Assembly (NCBI RefSeq): GCF_004010195.1
Contig: NC_057721.1
Span: forward strand, 60,952,156 to 61,016,155
Origin: Chiloscyllium plagiosum
Lineage: Eukaryota
Reading direction: 5' to 3'
DNA: 64,000 bases
Shown one piece after another: positions 50,895-61,861 of this stretch (its first letter is position 1; each line of letters opens with the position of its first letter). The position numbers and the translations under genes are program-made. The notes below the pieces were generated by a model. That model was not told the DNA's origin. It saw nothing but the letters and a program-made list of their open reading frames with translations, and ran no database searches.

Positions 50895-52310
50895 AATTGA
50901 ACCTTCCAGCTCAGTGAGCAAACCTACATCCTGAACCTTTTGTTTCACAAAACGTAGCTCTTTCCCTAGCTGCTCATACCCTATACACATTCTCATTCCT
51001 TCCATTATCATTTCATGATAACCACCTAGATGGCACTACCAGCTTTCATAAGACTCTGACAGCCAATATTTAAGCAAATTATTGACACAGAGCATACAAT
51101 TATTATAACAACAAAATTATTAGTCCATTACAATAAATAGAATTTGAAGAATCATCCCATGTGGAAAGAATTCACCAGTAAAGTTCTTAAATCCACACTC
51201 CATCCCCTCCAAGTTGAGTGGAAATGAGTCAGTTCTCTAAATTCTCCTTCAGTAAAGTCCAACCTGAAAACAAAATTCCGTCTGACCTTGCACAGCACTC
51301 CACGGAGAAATCTGAATTCTTGGGTAAGGGCAGTTAAATACTTAAAGCTGACTAGACTTCCATCGTTCAGAAGATGCTTCAGATGGAGGATACCAGCGCA
51401 TCTGAGTGTGCAGTGCAGCAGCTGCAGCTGCAGGCTAGGTGAATGCAGCATTCTTTGTTGTTTCTGCTCCTGCTTGCTGTTAAATGTAACAAAGCCAACT
51501 GGCTATTATGATGTGAGCTTGATCAATGAACCTTCATATCCCTTAAATGATCGAAAGGCAACAAAACTCACTTGGTTTAATGTCCGTAGGAAGGCCACTG
51601 ACAAAAAATGTTGTTGTTAGCTCCTTCACTTTTCAAGCAATTGTTGTACAATTTCAATGTAAAAACAAAATCTGCCCCATTACATAACTCACAAAACACA
51701 TTGAATTGAGATCCTATTCAAACAAGGTAAAACAGTTACTTAAAAGGATTTTCTGAACCAGCATTTTAACAAACCAAAATTTTTAAACATCAAAGACTTG
51801 TCAGCATGGCACGATTTACATTGAAACTTTCCTTTTCCAACCCAAATATTAATACAACCTTTATTTCAGCATTTCTCTTTTTTTGCATCTTCTCAGTGAA
51901 ATTACATTTATAACCCTCGCAGCGGATCACATGGCACCACAGTCCAAACTCCTCACCTCCCCCACTCCCCCCAGGCCTATTCAGCCTCGATCCCTGAGAG
52001 CATCCTTGTAAATCCTTTCAAGTTTCACAACATCCTCCTTTATAGCAGGGAGATCAGAATTGTATGCAGTTTTCCAAAAGTGGTCTAACCAATGTTTCTT
52101 ATCACAGTCTGGTTAATGTCATGTTTGAAAGCTGTTATGAATTTTCTCCTTTCTACTGACCTACCTAATAGCATGTTGTTCATCTCTGGTTCTTAACCCT
52201 GGATTTAAGCTAGAATGTTGCAACTGTGTCAAAGATAACTCCATATCCATGAAGAACATTCTGTTTTGTTTATCAAATTGTACACTGTCATCTTTGCTTC
52301 ATTTTATTAG

Positions 52311-52410
52311 TTATGTCCTTGGCTCCACCATGAAAGCAGAATTTGTAGATGAGAAGAAAAAGCCAGTTGTCTTAGAAACTCAAGTTGAAGTTCTTGAAGA
52401 ATTGACAAAG
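52311..52410 (+). CDS. MIS18A: MIS18A exon 4
   Basis: Acceptor attttattag|; (S)YVLGSTMKAEFVDEKKKPVVLETQVEVLEELTK, conserved SYVLGS. Donor AAG|GTAGTT, phase 0. Confidence 0.92.
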
Positions 52411-52929
52411 GTAGTTTCTGATGTGATTGGATATTCAGCTTAAGGTTATCTTCAGTAGATTTATTTTTGTTGATTTGAACTTAAATTTTGCTTTTCTATC
52501 AGTTACTTTTTAAAAAATGATTCACATTATTTTCAAATTAGATTGTTGAGGAATAATTTTGAAATTCAGGTTCTACAATATGCATTTGGAACTTGCATTT
52601 TATTGTGTTAGACATTAATTGCATCTGTTTAGTAATAAAGTTTAACTTGACAAAGGATTCTTCTAATTACTATTTCTTTGTATCACCTAAAAAACTAAAT
52701 GATCAGTTAACCTTTAGGGGTAAACGTATACTATCACAGGTACTGTACAAAAAGCAAAGGAATATTCCTATTGATATGCACAGATTTTCATTCAGTTTAA
52801 TTTTAGATTATTCTTTTAGTATCAGTTTCTCAAATAGTTAATTTCTGTGACAAGAAATAATGCTGCTTTTATTTCTGGATGTTGCTCTTTGTTATTTTTA
52901 TATTGCTGAACCTTATGAGAGAATTTCGT

Positions 52930-53176
52930 GGGCGGCACGGTGGCACAGTGGTTAGAACTGCTGCCTCGCAGCGCCAGAGACCCGGGTTCAATTCCCGCCT
53001 CAGGCGACTGACTGTGTGGAGTTTGCACGTTCTCCCTGTGTCTGCGTGGGTTTCCTCCGGGTAAGGGGTAAATGTAGGGGTAGGGGTGGGTTACACTTCG
53101 GCGGGTCGGTGTGGATTTGTTGGGCCGAAGGGCCTGTTTCCACACTGTAAAGTAATCTAATCTAATCTAATCTAAC
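52930..53176 (+). mobile_element. HE1-type V-SINE, internally deleted, abutting the MIS18A exon 5 acceptor
   Basis: GGGCGGCACGGTGGCACAGTGG head with CpGs retained; (AATCT)n tail at 53154-53176. Confidence 0.9.
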
Positions 53177-53190
53177 TTTCCTTCCAACAG

Positions 53191-53271
53191 TCACAAACTG
53201 TGCTGGATCTAATGCTCGCAAGACTTGCTGCTGTTGAAGAAAAGATAGAATCATTGCAGAATAAAGAATAA
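53191..53271 (+). CDS. MIS18A: MIS18A exon 5 (C-terminal helix, stop)
   Basis: Acceptor ctttccttccaacag|; SQTVLDLMLARLAAVEEKIESLQNKE*. Joined CDS 178+64+123+100+81 = 546 nt = 181 aa + stop. Confidence 0.88.
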   Translation, partial: SQTVLDLMLARLAAVEEKIESLQNKE

Positions 53272-53736
53272 TTCTGACAAGTATGACATTCAAAATTTAT
53301 AATATAGATGCCTCATATTGAAGGTATGAGCAGACGGCAGATGTCCACACTCAGAATTAATTCATTACAAGCAATCTTTGAGGAAGTTGTTTTCTTTCTT
53401 CCTGTGTCTGGTTGTATGCTGACTTTGTTGTCTAAATTCAAACCTTAGCTCATGTTTGTCAAATATTTTATATGTTATGCATTGTTCTAACTTCTGAACT
53501 TTAATTTCAATTCTTAGTCCTAAGCTGTGCATAAAAGATAAAAATTGCAATTAATCAAAATTATCACTTGTAAGATACATCCTGTGTAAAATTTAACTGT
53601 TGATATAATTATTGTTTCTAATTAAAGTTTAAAGTGCAGTCTCTAACCATTTCACCTTGCTCCATAACTGTCATCATGGAATTGTTTTAATTATGGTTCT
53701 CTTGTTTTGGAAACGTGTGATCATATTAATCTGAAA

Positions 53737-53742
53737 AATAAA
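53737..53742 (+). terminator. Candidate MIS18A polyadenylation signal
   Basis: AATAAA about 465 nt after the stop, followed by T/GT-rich sequence. Alternative ATTAAA at 53621. Confidence 0.5.
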
Positions 53743-55109
53743 GCTGTATTGTATAATTTTGATCCATGCAAGCTACTGTTTAATTATATACATTCTACAA
53801 TATTTATCTTCCAATTTCATTTTGAATGAAATGAGTGCAGTTTTGAAATCCCCTTGTTAGAAGTAAGATTACCCCAGTTTATAATTACTTTTTAATTTTG
53901 AGTAATCTGCGAGTATATTGAAATACTTATTTGAGTTTCATGCACAATGTGACTGTATTGACCAACAGTAAAAAAGACATGTTAACCTGTTTTAATTAAT
54001 TTCATATTAAACACTGCATTATGCAGTAACTTCAAGCTTGCAATGTTGTATTCCAACAATTCCAAATGCATTTTGTAAAAAACATCCTGTTTTCATTGGG
54101 GGTACAGGGGGAATGCATTCGCCTGGACTTTGAAAACGGAGCAGGATTGTGGACTTAACAACATAAAAGGAAGCAGTTGTGAGGGGAATCAGGCTGTGGT
54201 CGAAGTTAGGGAAGAACAGCATGCACCAGAGAGTGAACCAAGAGCAATGGTCATGGCGGGACTCAGGCCATAGCTGATGGCTGAAGAGGGGAGTACTCAC
54301 CCGAAAACTTAGCAAAATCATCGTGGAGAGCCTTCATGAGGGGAATTGGCCTGTGAACAACACCAGGGAAAAATGGTACATGAGCATAGTTGGTGAGGGA
54401 GAGGCCCATGTGGGAGTGTTTACTGAGGGGAACTCTGATTGCAAACAGCTACTACCCTCAACTGGCTGGAAAAGTTCCCACCAGCAGGGAAACAAAATGG
54501 TGGGCCAGATTGGGACCATTTGATGAAGAGAAGAAAGTTAGATTCTTTGTAATGCTTACTTAAGGGGGACCAATGTTTCTGAAGACATAATGGTACTGGT
54601 TTTCTTGAGTACTGGGAATAAAATCTTCATGATTCTGATGAATCTGGTACAATCAGAGAAACCCACAGAAAACATACCGAGAACTATGCAGTGTTGGAAA
54701 GTTATTTTGTACCCAAACCACTGATCATAGAACATTTCCATTTTGAAAAACCATGAAGGGGCATCCAGTGTCCAATTTGTGGCCTCTTTAAAGAGATTAG
54801 TGGAACGTTGCAAGTTCAGAGGGTTCCTCCAAGGAGTCTTGCAGATCTTTTTGGTTTGTGGCCTCTGACACAAAGCCATCCAACAACAGCCACCAACAAG
54901 GAGAGACTTGGATTTCAAGGCAGGTTTCAAAATTGCTATCTCGATGGAGTTGGCTGCCAGCGAAGCAACACAGTTGGGTGATGTCACATAAAGTAGTGGG
55001 CACTCAGCAGAGTGCAGTATCAATCGTAGAATGCTGCCGATATAGCAGGGGTGACCACAAGAAGTCAACGTGTTAGATTCAAGAAGCCCAGTGCCGCAGG
55101 TGTAAGCAA

Positions 55110-56632
55110 GTGAGCCATAAAAACACAAAACATAAATGGAGCAGGCCATCTGCCATTCAATGAGATCATGGCTGATCTTTTCTTTTTTTTTTCTTTTAAC
55201 CCCCACACTACCACCTAAGTGCGGTAGTGCTTATTTTTTTCCCCAGCACCCATGGTGTGTGTGCACAGGTCTGAGACACAGTGAAAGACACAAAGTGCAC
55301 CAATCTTTATTCAATTTCCACCACCAGGAAGATAGGAAAACACCCAGGTAGCCAGTGACAAACACTGCCCTTCACATCAAAGGGCAGTGCTGTGTGATCA
55401 AAACAGTGAAGGGGAGGGTAGGGACTAAATCAAGCTGATCTTTTCATTGATTCAGATCCACTTACCCGCGCTCTCACCGTTTCCCTTAAATCCTTTATTG
55501 TTCAAAACAAAATCTATCTTTGCTTTAAAAACATTTACTGAAGTGGTGTCAACTACTTTACTGGGCAAAGCATTCCCTCTGGGTGAAGAAGTTCCTTATC
55601 AATTCAGTCCTAAATCTGCTCCCTCTAATCTTCAGGCTATGCCCGCTTGTCCTAGTTTCACCTACCAGTGGAAATATCCTCTCTAATTCTATCTTGGTTA
55701 TTCCCTTCATAATTTTATGTTTCTATAAGATTCCCCCTCATTCATCTGAATTTCAATGAATATAATCCCAGTGTACTTAATCTCTCCTCATAAGCCAACC
55801 TTGTCAACTCTGGAAGCAACCTAATGAACCTCTTCTGCACCCTCATTAGTGTCAGTACATCCTCTCTCAAGTAAGGAGACCAAAATTGCACGCAGTACTC
55901 TAGGTGTGGCCTCAGCAGCATCCTGTACAGCTGCAACATAACCTCCCTGCTTTTAAAACTCAATCCCTTCATCAAGAAGGACAAAATTCCATTGGCCTTC
56001 CTAATTACTTGTTGTACCTGCAGACCAACCCTGTGTGATTTATGTGCAAGGACACCCAGGTCCCTCTGCATAGTAGAATGCTGCAACTTTTTACCATTCA
56101 AGTAATAATCCTTTTTATTGTTATTCCTGCCAAAAGATTGACTTCACATTTATTAACATTGTATTCCATCTGCCAGACCTTTGCCCACTCATTTAAAGAT
56201 TCGATGTTCCTCTTCAAAGTTCCACAGTCCTGTGCACACTTTGTTCTGCCACTCATCTTAGTGTCATCTGCAAACTTTGACACACTACACGTGGTCATCA
56301 ACTCCAAATTATCTATGTAAATTGCAAACAACACTGATTCCTGAGGCACATCAAGAGTTACTGATGGCCAACCAGAACAGCACTCATTTATCCCCTCTCT
56401 TTATTTCCTGTTAGTCAACCAATTCACTATCCATGCTAATACTTTACCCGTAACACCATGCATCTTTATCTTATGCAGCAGCCTCTTTTCTGGCACCTTG
56501 TCAAATGCTTTTTGGAAATCTAAGTACACCACATCTACTGAGTCCCATTGTCCACCTTGCTTGTAATGTCTTCATAGGATTCCAAAAGATTTGTTAAGCA
56601 TGTCCTGCCCTTCATGAGCCCATGCTGCATCT
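55110..56632 (-). mobile_element. CR1 LINE fragment nested in Gypsy gag
   Basis: [31 protein letters not shown]. Confidence 0.9.
55183..55433 (-). mobile_element. Poly(A)-tailed, 5'-truncated retroposon 3' end (L1/Tx1-like mechanism)
   Basis: 12-bp TSD GCTGATCTTTTC (55171-55182, 55434-55445); T-run at the left end; AATAAA on minus at 55306-55311; two hairpins. Confidence 0.7.
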
Positions 56633-57088
56633 GTTCAAAATTGTTGAGTACAGCTCAAGCAAGAGAAGGGGTATTTAAATGAGCCAGTTCAGAGGGCAAG
56701 GCATAAGGTATATGCCACCAATCAGGGCGCAGATAGGAATTCTGCGGGAGTAGCAGAAGGTCTAGATTCAACAAAGGTTTTGTTAAACATCTTGTCATGT
56801 GGAGTGAAGCTGTGATCTCAAATTAGAGGGTAAGACAGTAAAGATGAAAGTGGATGCGGTGCATTTGGGAAAAGTTAAAGGCACTATCACTGAAATCTGC
56901 CAATACTGCGCTATCAATATCCATGGAACTAGTGGTGCTACTGAAGGGCTAGTACTTGTAAAAAGTACAGCTAAGGGACCACAGCGTGCCAAACTGCTTC
57001 TGAACATAGTGAAAGGCAACCATGCTGCGTTATTCAGACACCCCTGGTTACAGGAATTAAGGTTAAATTGTGGCATGGTTAATAGACT

Positions 57089-58989
57089 TGTGGTTCTGTT
57101 CGCCGAGCTGGAAATTTTTGTTGCAAACGTTTTGTCCCCTGTCTAGGTGACATCCTCAGTGCTTGGAAGCCTCCTGTGAAGCGCTTCTGTGGTGTTTCCT
57201 CCGGCATTTATAGTGGCCTGTCCCTGCCGCTTCCGGTTGTCAGTTTCAGCTGTCCGCTGTAGTGGCCGGTATATTGGGTCCAGGTCGATGTGTTTGTTGA
57301 TGGAGATTGTGGATGGCACTCTATAAATGCCGGAGGAAACACCACAGAAGCGCTCCACAGGAGGCTCCCAAGCACTGAGGATGCCACCGAGACAGGGGAC
57401 GAAACGTTTGCAACAAAAACATCCNNNNNNNNNNNNNNNNNNNNNNNNNNNNNNNNNNNNNNNNNNNNNNNNNNNNNNNNNNNNNNNNNNNNNNNNNNNN
57501 NNNNNNNNNNNNNNNNNNNNNNNNNNNNNNNNNNNNNNNNNNNNNNNNNNNNNNNNNNNNNNNNNNNNNNNNNNNNNNNNNNNNNNNNNNNNNNNNNNNN
57601 NNNNNNNNNNNNNNNNNNNNNNNNNNNNNNNNNNNNNNNNNNNNNNNNNNNNNNNNNNNNNNNNNNNNNNNNNNNNNNNNNNNNNNNNNNNNNNNNNNNN
57701 NNNNNNNNNNNNNNNNNNNNNNNNNNNNNNNNNNNNNNNNNNNNNNNNNNNNNNNNNNNNNNNNNNNNNNNNNNNNNNNNNNNNNNNNNNNNNNNNNNNN
57801 NNNNNNNNNNNNNNNNNNNNNNNNNNNNNNNNNNNNNNNNNNNNNNNNNNNNNNNNNNNNNNNNNNNNNNNNNNNNNNNNNNNNNNNNNNNNNNNNNNNN
57901 NNNNNNNNNNNNNNNNNNNNNNNNNNNNNNNNNNNNNNNNNNNNNNNNNNNNNNNNNNNNNNNNNNNNNNNNNNNNNNNNNNNNNNNNNNNNNNNNNNNN
58001 NNNNNNNNNNNNNNNNNNNNNNNNNNNNNNNNNNNNNNNNNNNNNNNNNNNNNNNNNNNNNNNNNNNNNNNNNNNNNNNNNNNNNNNNNNNNNNNNNNNN
58101 NNNNNNNNNNNNNNNNNNNNNNNNNNNNNNNNNNNNNNTTGTTGAAGTTGCGCGGGTATCCGTTTTTGGTGAATACCTTGTATAGGTGTTCCTCTTCTTT
58201 TTGCAGTTCTGGTGTGCTGCAGTGTGTTGTGGCCCTTTTGAATAGTGTCCTGATGCAGCTTCGTTTGTGTGTGTTGGGGTGGTTACTTTCATAGTTTAGG
58301 ACTTGGTCTGTGTGTGTGGCTTTCCTGTATACCTTTGTGGTGGATTCTCCGTTCGGTGTTCTCTGTACCATCACGTCTAGGAATGGGAGTTGGTTGTCCT
58401 TTTCTTCTTCTCTCGTGAATCGGATTCCTCTGAGTGTGGCGTTGATGATCCGGTGTGTTTTCTCTATTTCTGTGTTTTTAATGATTACAAAGGTGTCACC
58501 AAACTCTGGGTCAGAATCATTAAAAACACAGAAATAGAGAAAACACACCGGATCATCAACGCCACACTGGCATGATGGTACAGAGAACACCGAACGGAGA
58601 ATTCACCACAAAGGTATACAGGAAAGCCACACACACAGACCAAGTCCTGAACTATGAAAGCAACCACCTCAACACACACAAACGAAGTTGTATCAGATAC
58701 TATTCAAAAGGGCCACAACACACTGCAGCATACCAGAACTGTAAAAAGAGGAAGACCTGGACCCAATATACCGGCCACTACAGCGGACAGCTGAAACTGA
58801 CAACCGGAAGCAACAGGGACAGGCCACTATAAATGCCAGAGGAAACATCACAGAAGCGCTTCACAGGAGGCTCCCAAGCACTGAGGATGTCACCTAGACA
58901 GGGGACGAAACGTTTGCAACAAAAATTTCCAGCTCGGCGAACAGAATCACAGCAACGAGCACCCGAGCTACAAATCTTCTCCCAAACTT
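57089..58989. mobile_element. Multi-inverted PLE (family C) insertion into Gypsy
   Basis: 13-bp TSD TGGTTAATAGACT (57076-57088, 58990-59002); RT thumb LPFLDVMV..TKVYRKATHTDQVLNYESNHP; alternating orientations. Confidence 0.88.
58878..58917 (+). ncRNA. Hammerhead-like motif (PLE family C, U at cleavage position)
   Basis: GCA-CUGAGGA-U-GUCaCCU agac AGGgGAC-GAAA-CG-UU/UGC; further copies at 57372-57411 (+) and 57123-57162 (-, GAAA mutated). Confidence 0.55.
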
Positions 58990-61861
58990 TGGTTAATAGA
59001 CTGTCAGACTCAAAAACAAGTTTGCAAGAGATTTTAGACAGGTATAAAGATGTGTTCAAGGGAACCCTTGGGGAAATGAAAAGTACAGAAATTAAACTTT
59101 GATTGAAGTAGGTGTCTTGTCCAAGGAGTCTAAAGGTGTGTCCAGGACTGTATGCCATCCATTTTAAAGTGGAGGCAGCACTGGAACAGGGGTGAACCTA
59201 GAGGCATTGGAACCAGTAACCACCCATTCGTTCCTTCTTAAAAACTGATGGTGTGGTGAGGATTTGTGGTGACTTTAAGGTCGCAGTCAACTCAGCCATG
59301 TGTGTGGATCAATACCCACTTCCACCCATTGAGGACCTGTTCAATAGATTGTCCGGGGCAAAGAAATTCTCAAAAATTGATCGGTCACAGTCTGACTTGC
59401 AGATGGAGGTCACAGAGGAGTCCCAGCCGCCAATGACTATAATGGCACACAGAACTGTTCCGCTATAAGCTACTTCCTTTTTACATCATATCAGTTCCAA
59501 CTAAACCAGGGGGCCATGGACCAAATTTTGAGTGGATTGTCAGTATTATCTGGATGATTTGGTTATTGGTCTCTCTAACGAGGACCTTTTGAAAAACCTA
59601 GTAGAAACTCTTAAAATCATTGCAGGATCGCAGTCTACAAGTATAAAGAGAGAATGTGAGTTTTTAAAGACTTAGTGTCTGGATCATGAATTGATGGTGA
59701 GGGACTGCATGTGGTGGCCAAGAAGATGGAGACTGTTATGAAGGCCCCTAGACCAGACCATGTGTCTCAACTGAGATAACCTTGGGGTTATGAATTACTG
59801 TGGTAAGTTCATGTCTGATCTGGCAACCATGCTTAAATTCCTGCGTTGGTTGTTTGGAAAATGGCAGGCATTGAAATGTGAGGAGACTTACTTGGAGGTT
59901 AAGCAAGCCTTAATAAGGTCAGATGTATTAACGCATTTTGACCCGAAGTTGCCACTGCAGTTTCCGTGTGACACTTTGCCTTGTGGAATGGTACTGTCAC
60001 ACATCTAACTGAATCTGGAAGAAAGGCCCATTGTGTTCACCAAGGTCACTAATGAAGACAGAAGAGAAGTACGTCCAAGTGGATATGGAAACATTGGGCA
60101 TTGTGTTTGGTGTTAAGTTCATCTATTTCCTTTATGCTGCTGACAGATTGCTAATCTCCATTTTGTGCCCGTACACTGGGATTCCATCAATGGTGGCAGC
60201 ATAGGCACTGGCTTTGTCAGCTTATTCATGTGAACTCAGATATTGACAGACAGAGAAACACAGCAATGCAAATGCTTTGTCAGGGAGACCACATCTGGAA
60301 AATAAGGTTGTTCCCGACTGGAACCTGAAAATCATGTACTTTTCCCTGGGAAACAAGATACCTATGTCAGCAAGGCAGACGCTATCTGAAGTTACCTGGT
60401 CTTAATCCTAGTGATGGAGTTTGTCCTAAGAGGGAGGCCTTATCATAGAAACCGCTCAATTACATCCTTACCTGTCCAGGCGTTGGGCATTCATTTCAGA
60501 TAGGTGTTTATTGTGGGGAATGGGAGCTATTATCCTCCTCCTGTTAAGTAGAAAAATGCTAAACAAGTGTATCCTGGTGTGGTGCAAATTAAATAGCCAG
60601 GAGCTACGTTTGGTGGCTATGATGGACTTCCAGATTGAGGAGAAATTGGAATCGTGTGAATCCTGCGTAAGGAAGGTTCTGTCGTTGTCAACCCTTCACC
60701 TATAGAATGGCCTCAATCACAGTGGCAGTGGATTCCCATCAATTTCACAAGGACCTGTAGAGGGACGGATATTACTCATGGTCGTGGATGTCCAGTCCAA
60801 CTGGCTTGGTGTGGTGCTCATGAAGTTGGTATCAGCGGGACCAATGATAGACCGACTGGATGAAATATTTATCAAGTTTGGGAAACCCCAAACAATTCAT
60901 GAGTGACAAAGGTCCACAGTTTATGGCGCAAAGGTTTGAGAAGTATCTGGAAAATCACCAAATCAGACATGTGAGATAGGCTTTATATCACCCTGTGACA
61001 AACAGCCAGGCAGAGAGATTTGTACAAACCTTGAAGCAGGCCTTAAAGGTTTCACAAGGGGAGGGTCCACTAGAATGGTGAGTCAACAAATTCCTCAGTA
61101 TGTATAGGAACATGCTATATGCAATGACTCAGTGTTCACTGGTGACCTGAATGTTCAACTACCATGTTTCACTTAAATTGTTTCTTTCAGGTCGTCCATA
61201 TATCCGGTCGGGATAACACTACAAAACAACATTCCCTCTTATTAATTGTTGCATTGACTATTAATTTTAAGTCCATGGGACTTAGAAATTTTATGTTTTA
61301 AGAAGCTTTACTGGTGTCAATTTGAAGGTAGCATGGATGGTAAACACATTGTGTAGGGGATTTCTCGATAGATGTATCCAGCAGATGGAGCTCATGACAA
61401 AACAAGGTGTTCCTTTGCTCAGTCCCTTTCTTGGAAATAAATTATATTCAGCACCTCTCAAATGTGTGTCGTATTTGTGTATAGTAGTCTTTTGACATTG
61501 CTAAGTAGTCTTTTGACATTGCTATCTGATTGATATAGAAATCTATAAATTAAAGTATAATGGGTGCAGCATTACTAATTAGGTGTGTGAAGTCAAATTT
61601 AAGTTGAGCTGGTCCCAGTTTCACTGGATCTTTGCACCCTTTCAAAATGCACTAGTCTTTCACTGGTTGTGTGGTTGGCACTTTTGTATAGTACTTAGGG
61701 TTAAGGGATCAAGGGGTCAGAGAAGAAAGTAGGGGTAAAATATTAAACTGGATGATCAGCCGTGATAAATTAAACAACAAGAGTAGGCTTAAAGGCTTAC
61801 TTTGGCCTATTGTGAACCTATTTTCTGTGTTTGTATCTTCTCCCATTTGTCCTGGCACAAT

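Larger units (their letters stand above)
49396..50936 (+). mobile_element. PLE (family C, Poseidon-like) GIY-YIG fragment interrupted by CR1
   Basis: IIYKIPCKDCNKHYIGQTSRKLATRIHEH; 49425-49460 is an inverted copy of 50905-50936; tgaac(a/c)ttttgtt on both flanks. Confidence 0.8.
54490..61160 (+). mobile_element. Decayed Gypsy/Ty3 LTR retrotransposon internal region (gag-PR-RT-RNaseH-IN) with nested insertions
   Basis: gag-like start MVGQIG..; protease-like region 56820-57075; RT VRICGDFKVAVN..DQYPLPPIEDLFNRLSGAKKFSKID and YLDD near 59546; VLTHFDPKLPLQFPCD; integrase SDKGPQF..YHP..NSQAERFVQTLK. LTRs not recognised. Confidence 0.85.

Noticed and set aside
54080-54490. Possible Gypsy 5' LTR/PBS
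   Set aside because: No matching 3' LTR or clear PBS recognised by eye
54556-55206. 216-aa minus-strand ORF
   Set aside because: Antisense to decayed Gypsy gag and CR1 junction; no recognisable motif
57208-58590. Long ORFs (270-460 aa), likewise around 31.6 kb and 38.5 kb
   Set aside because: Length is inflated by N runs
61484-61524. Tandem duplication of about 21 bp (tagtcttttgacattgcta)
   Set aside because: Trivial slippage event; could not be tied to an LTR boundary
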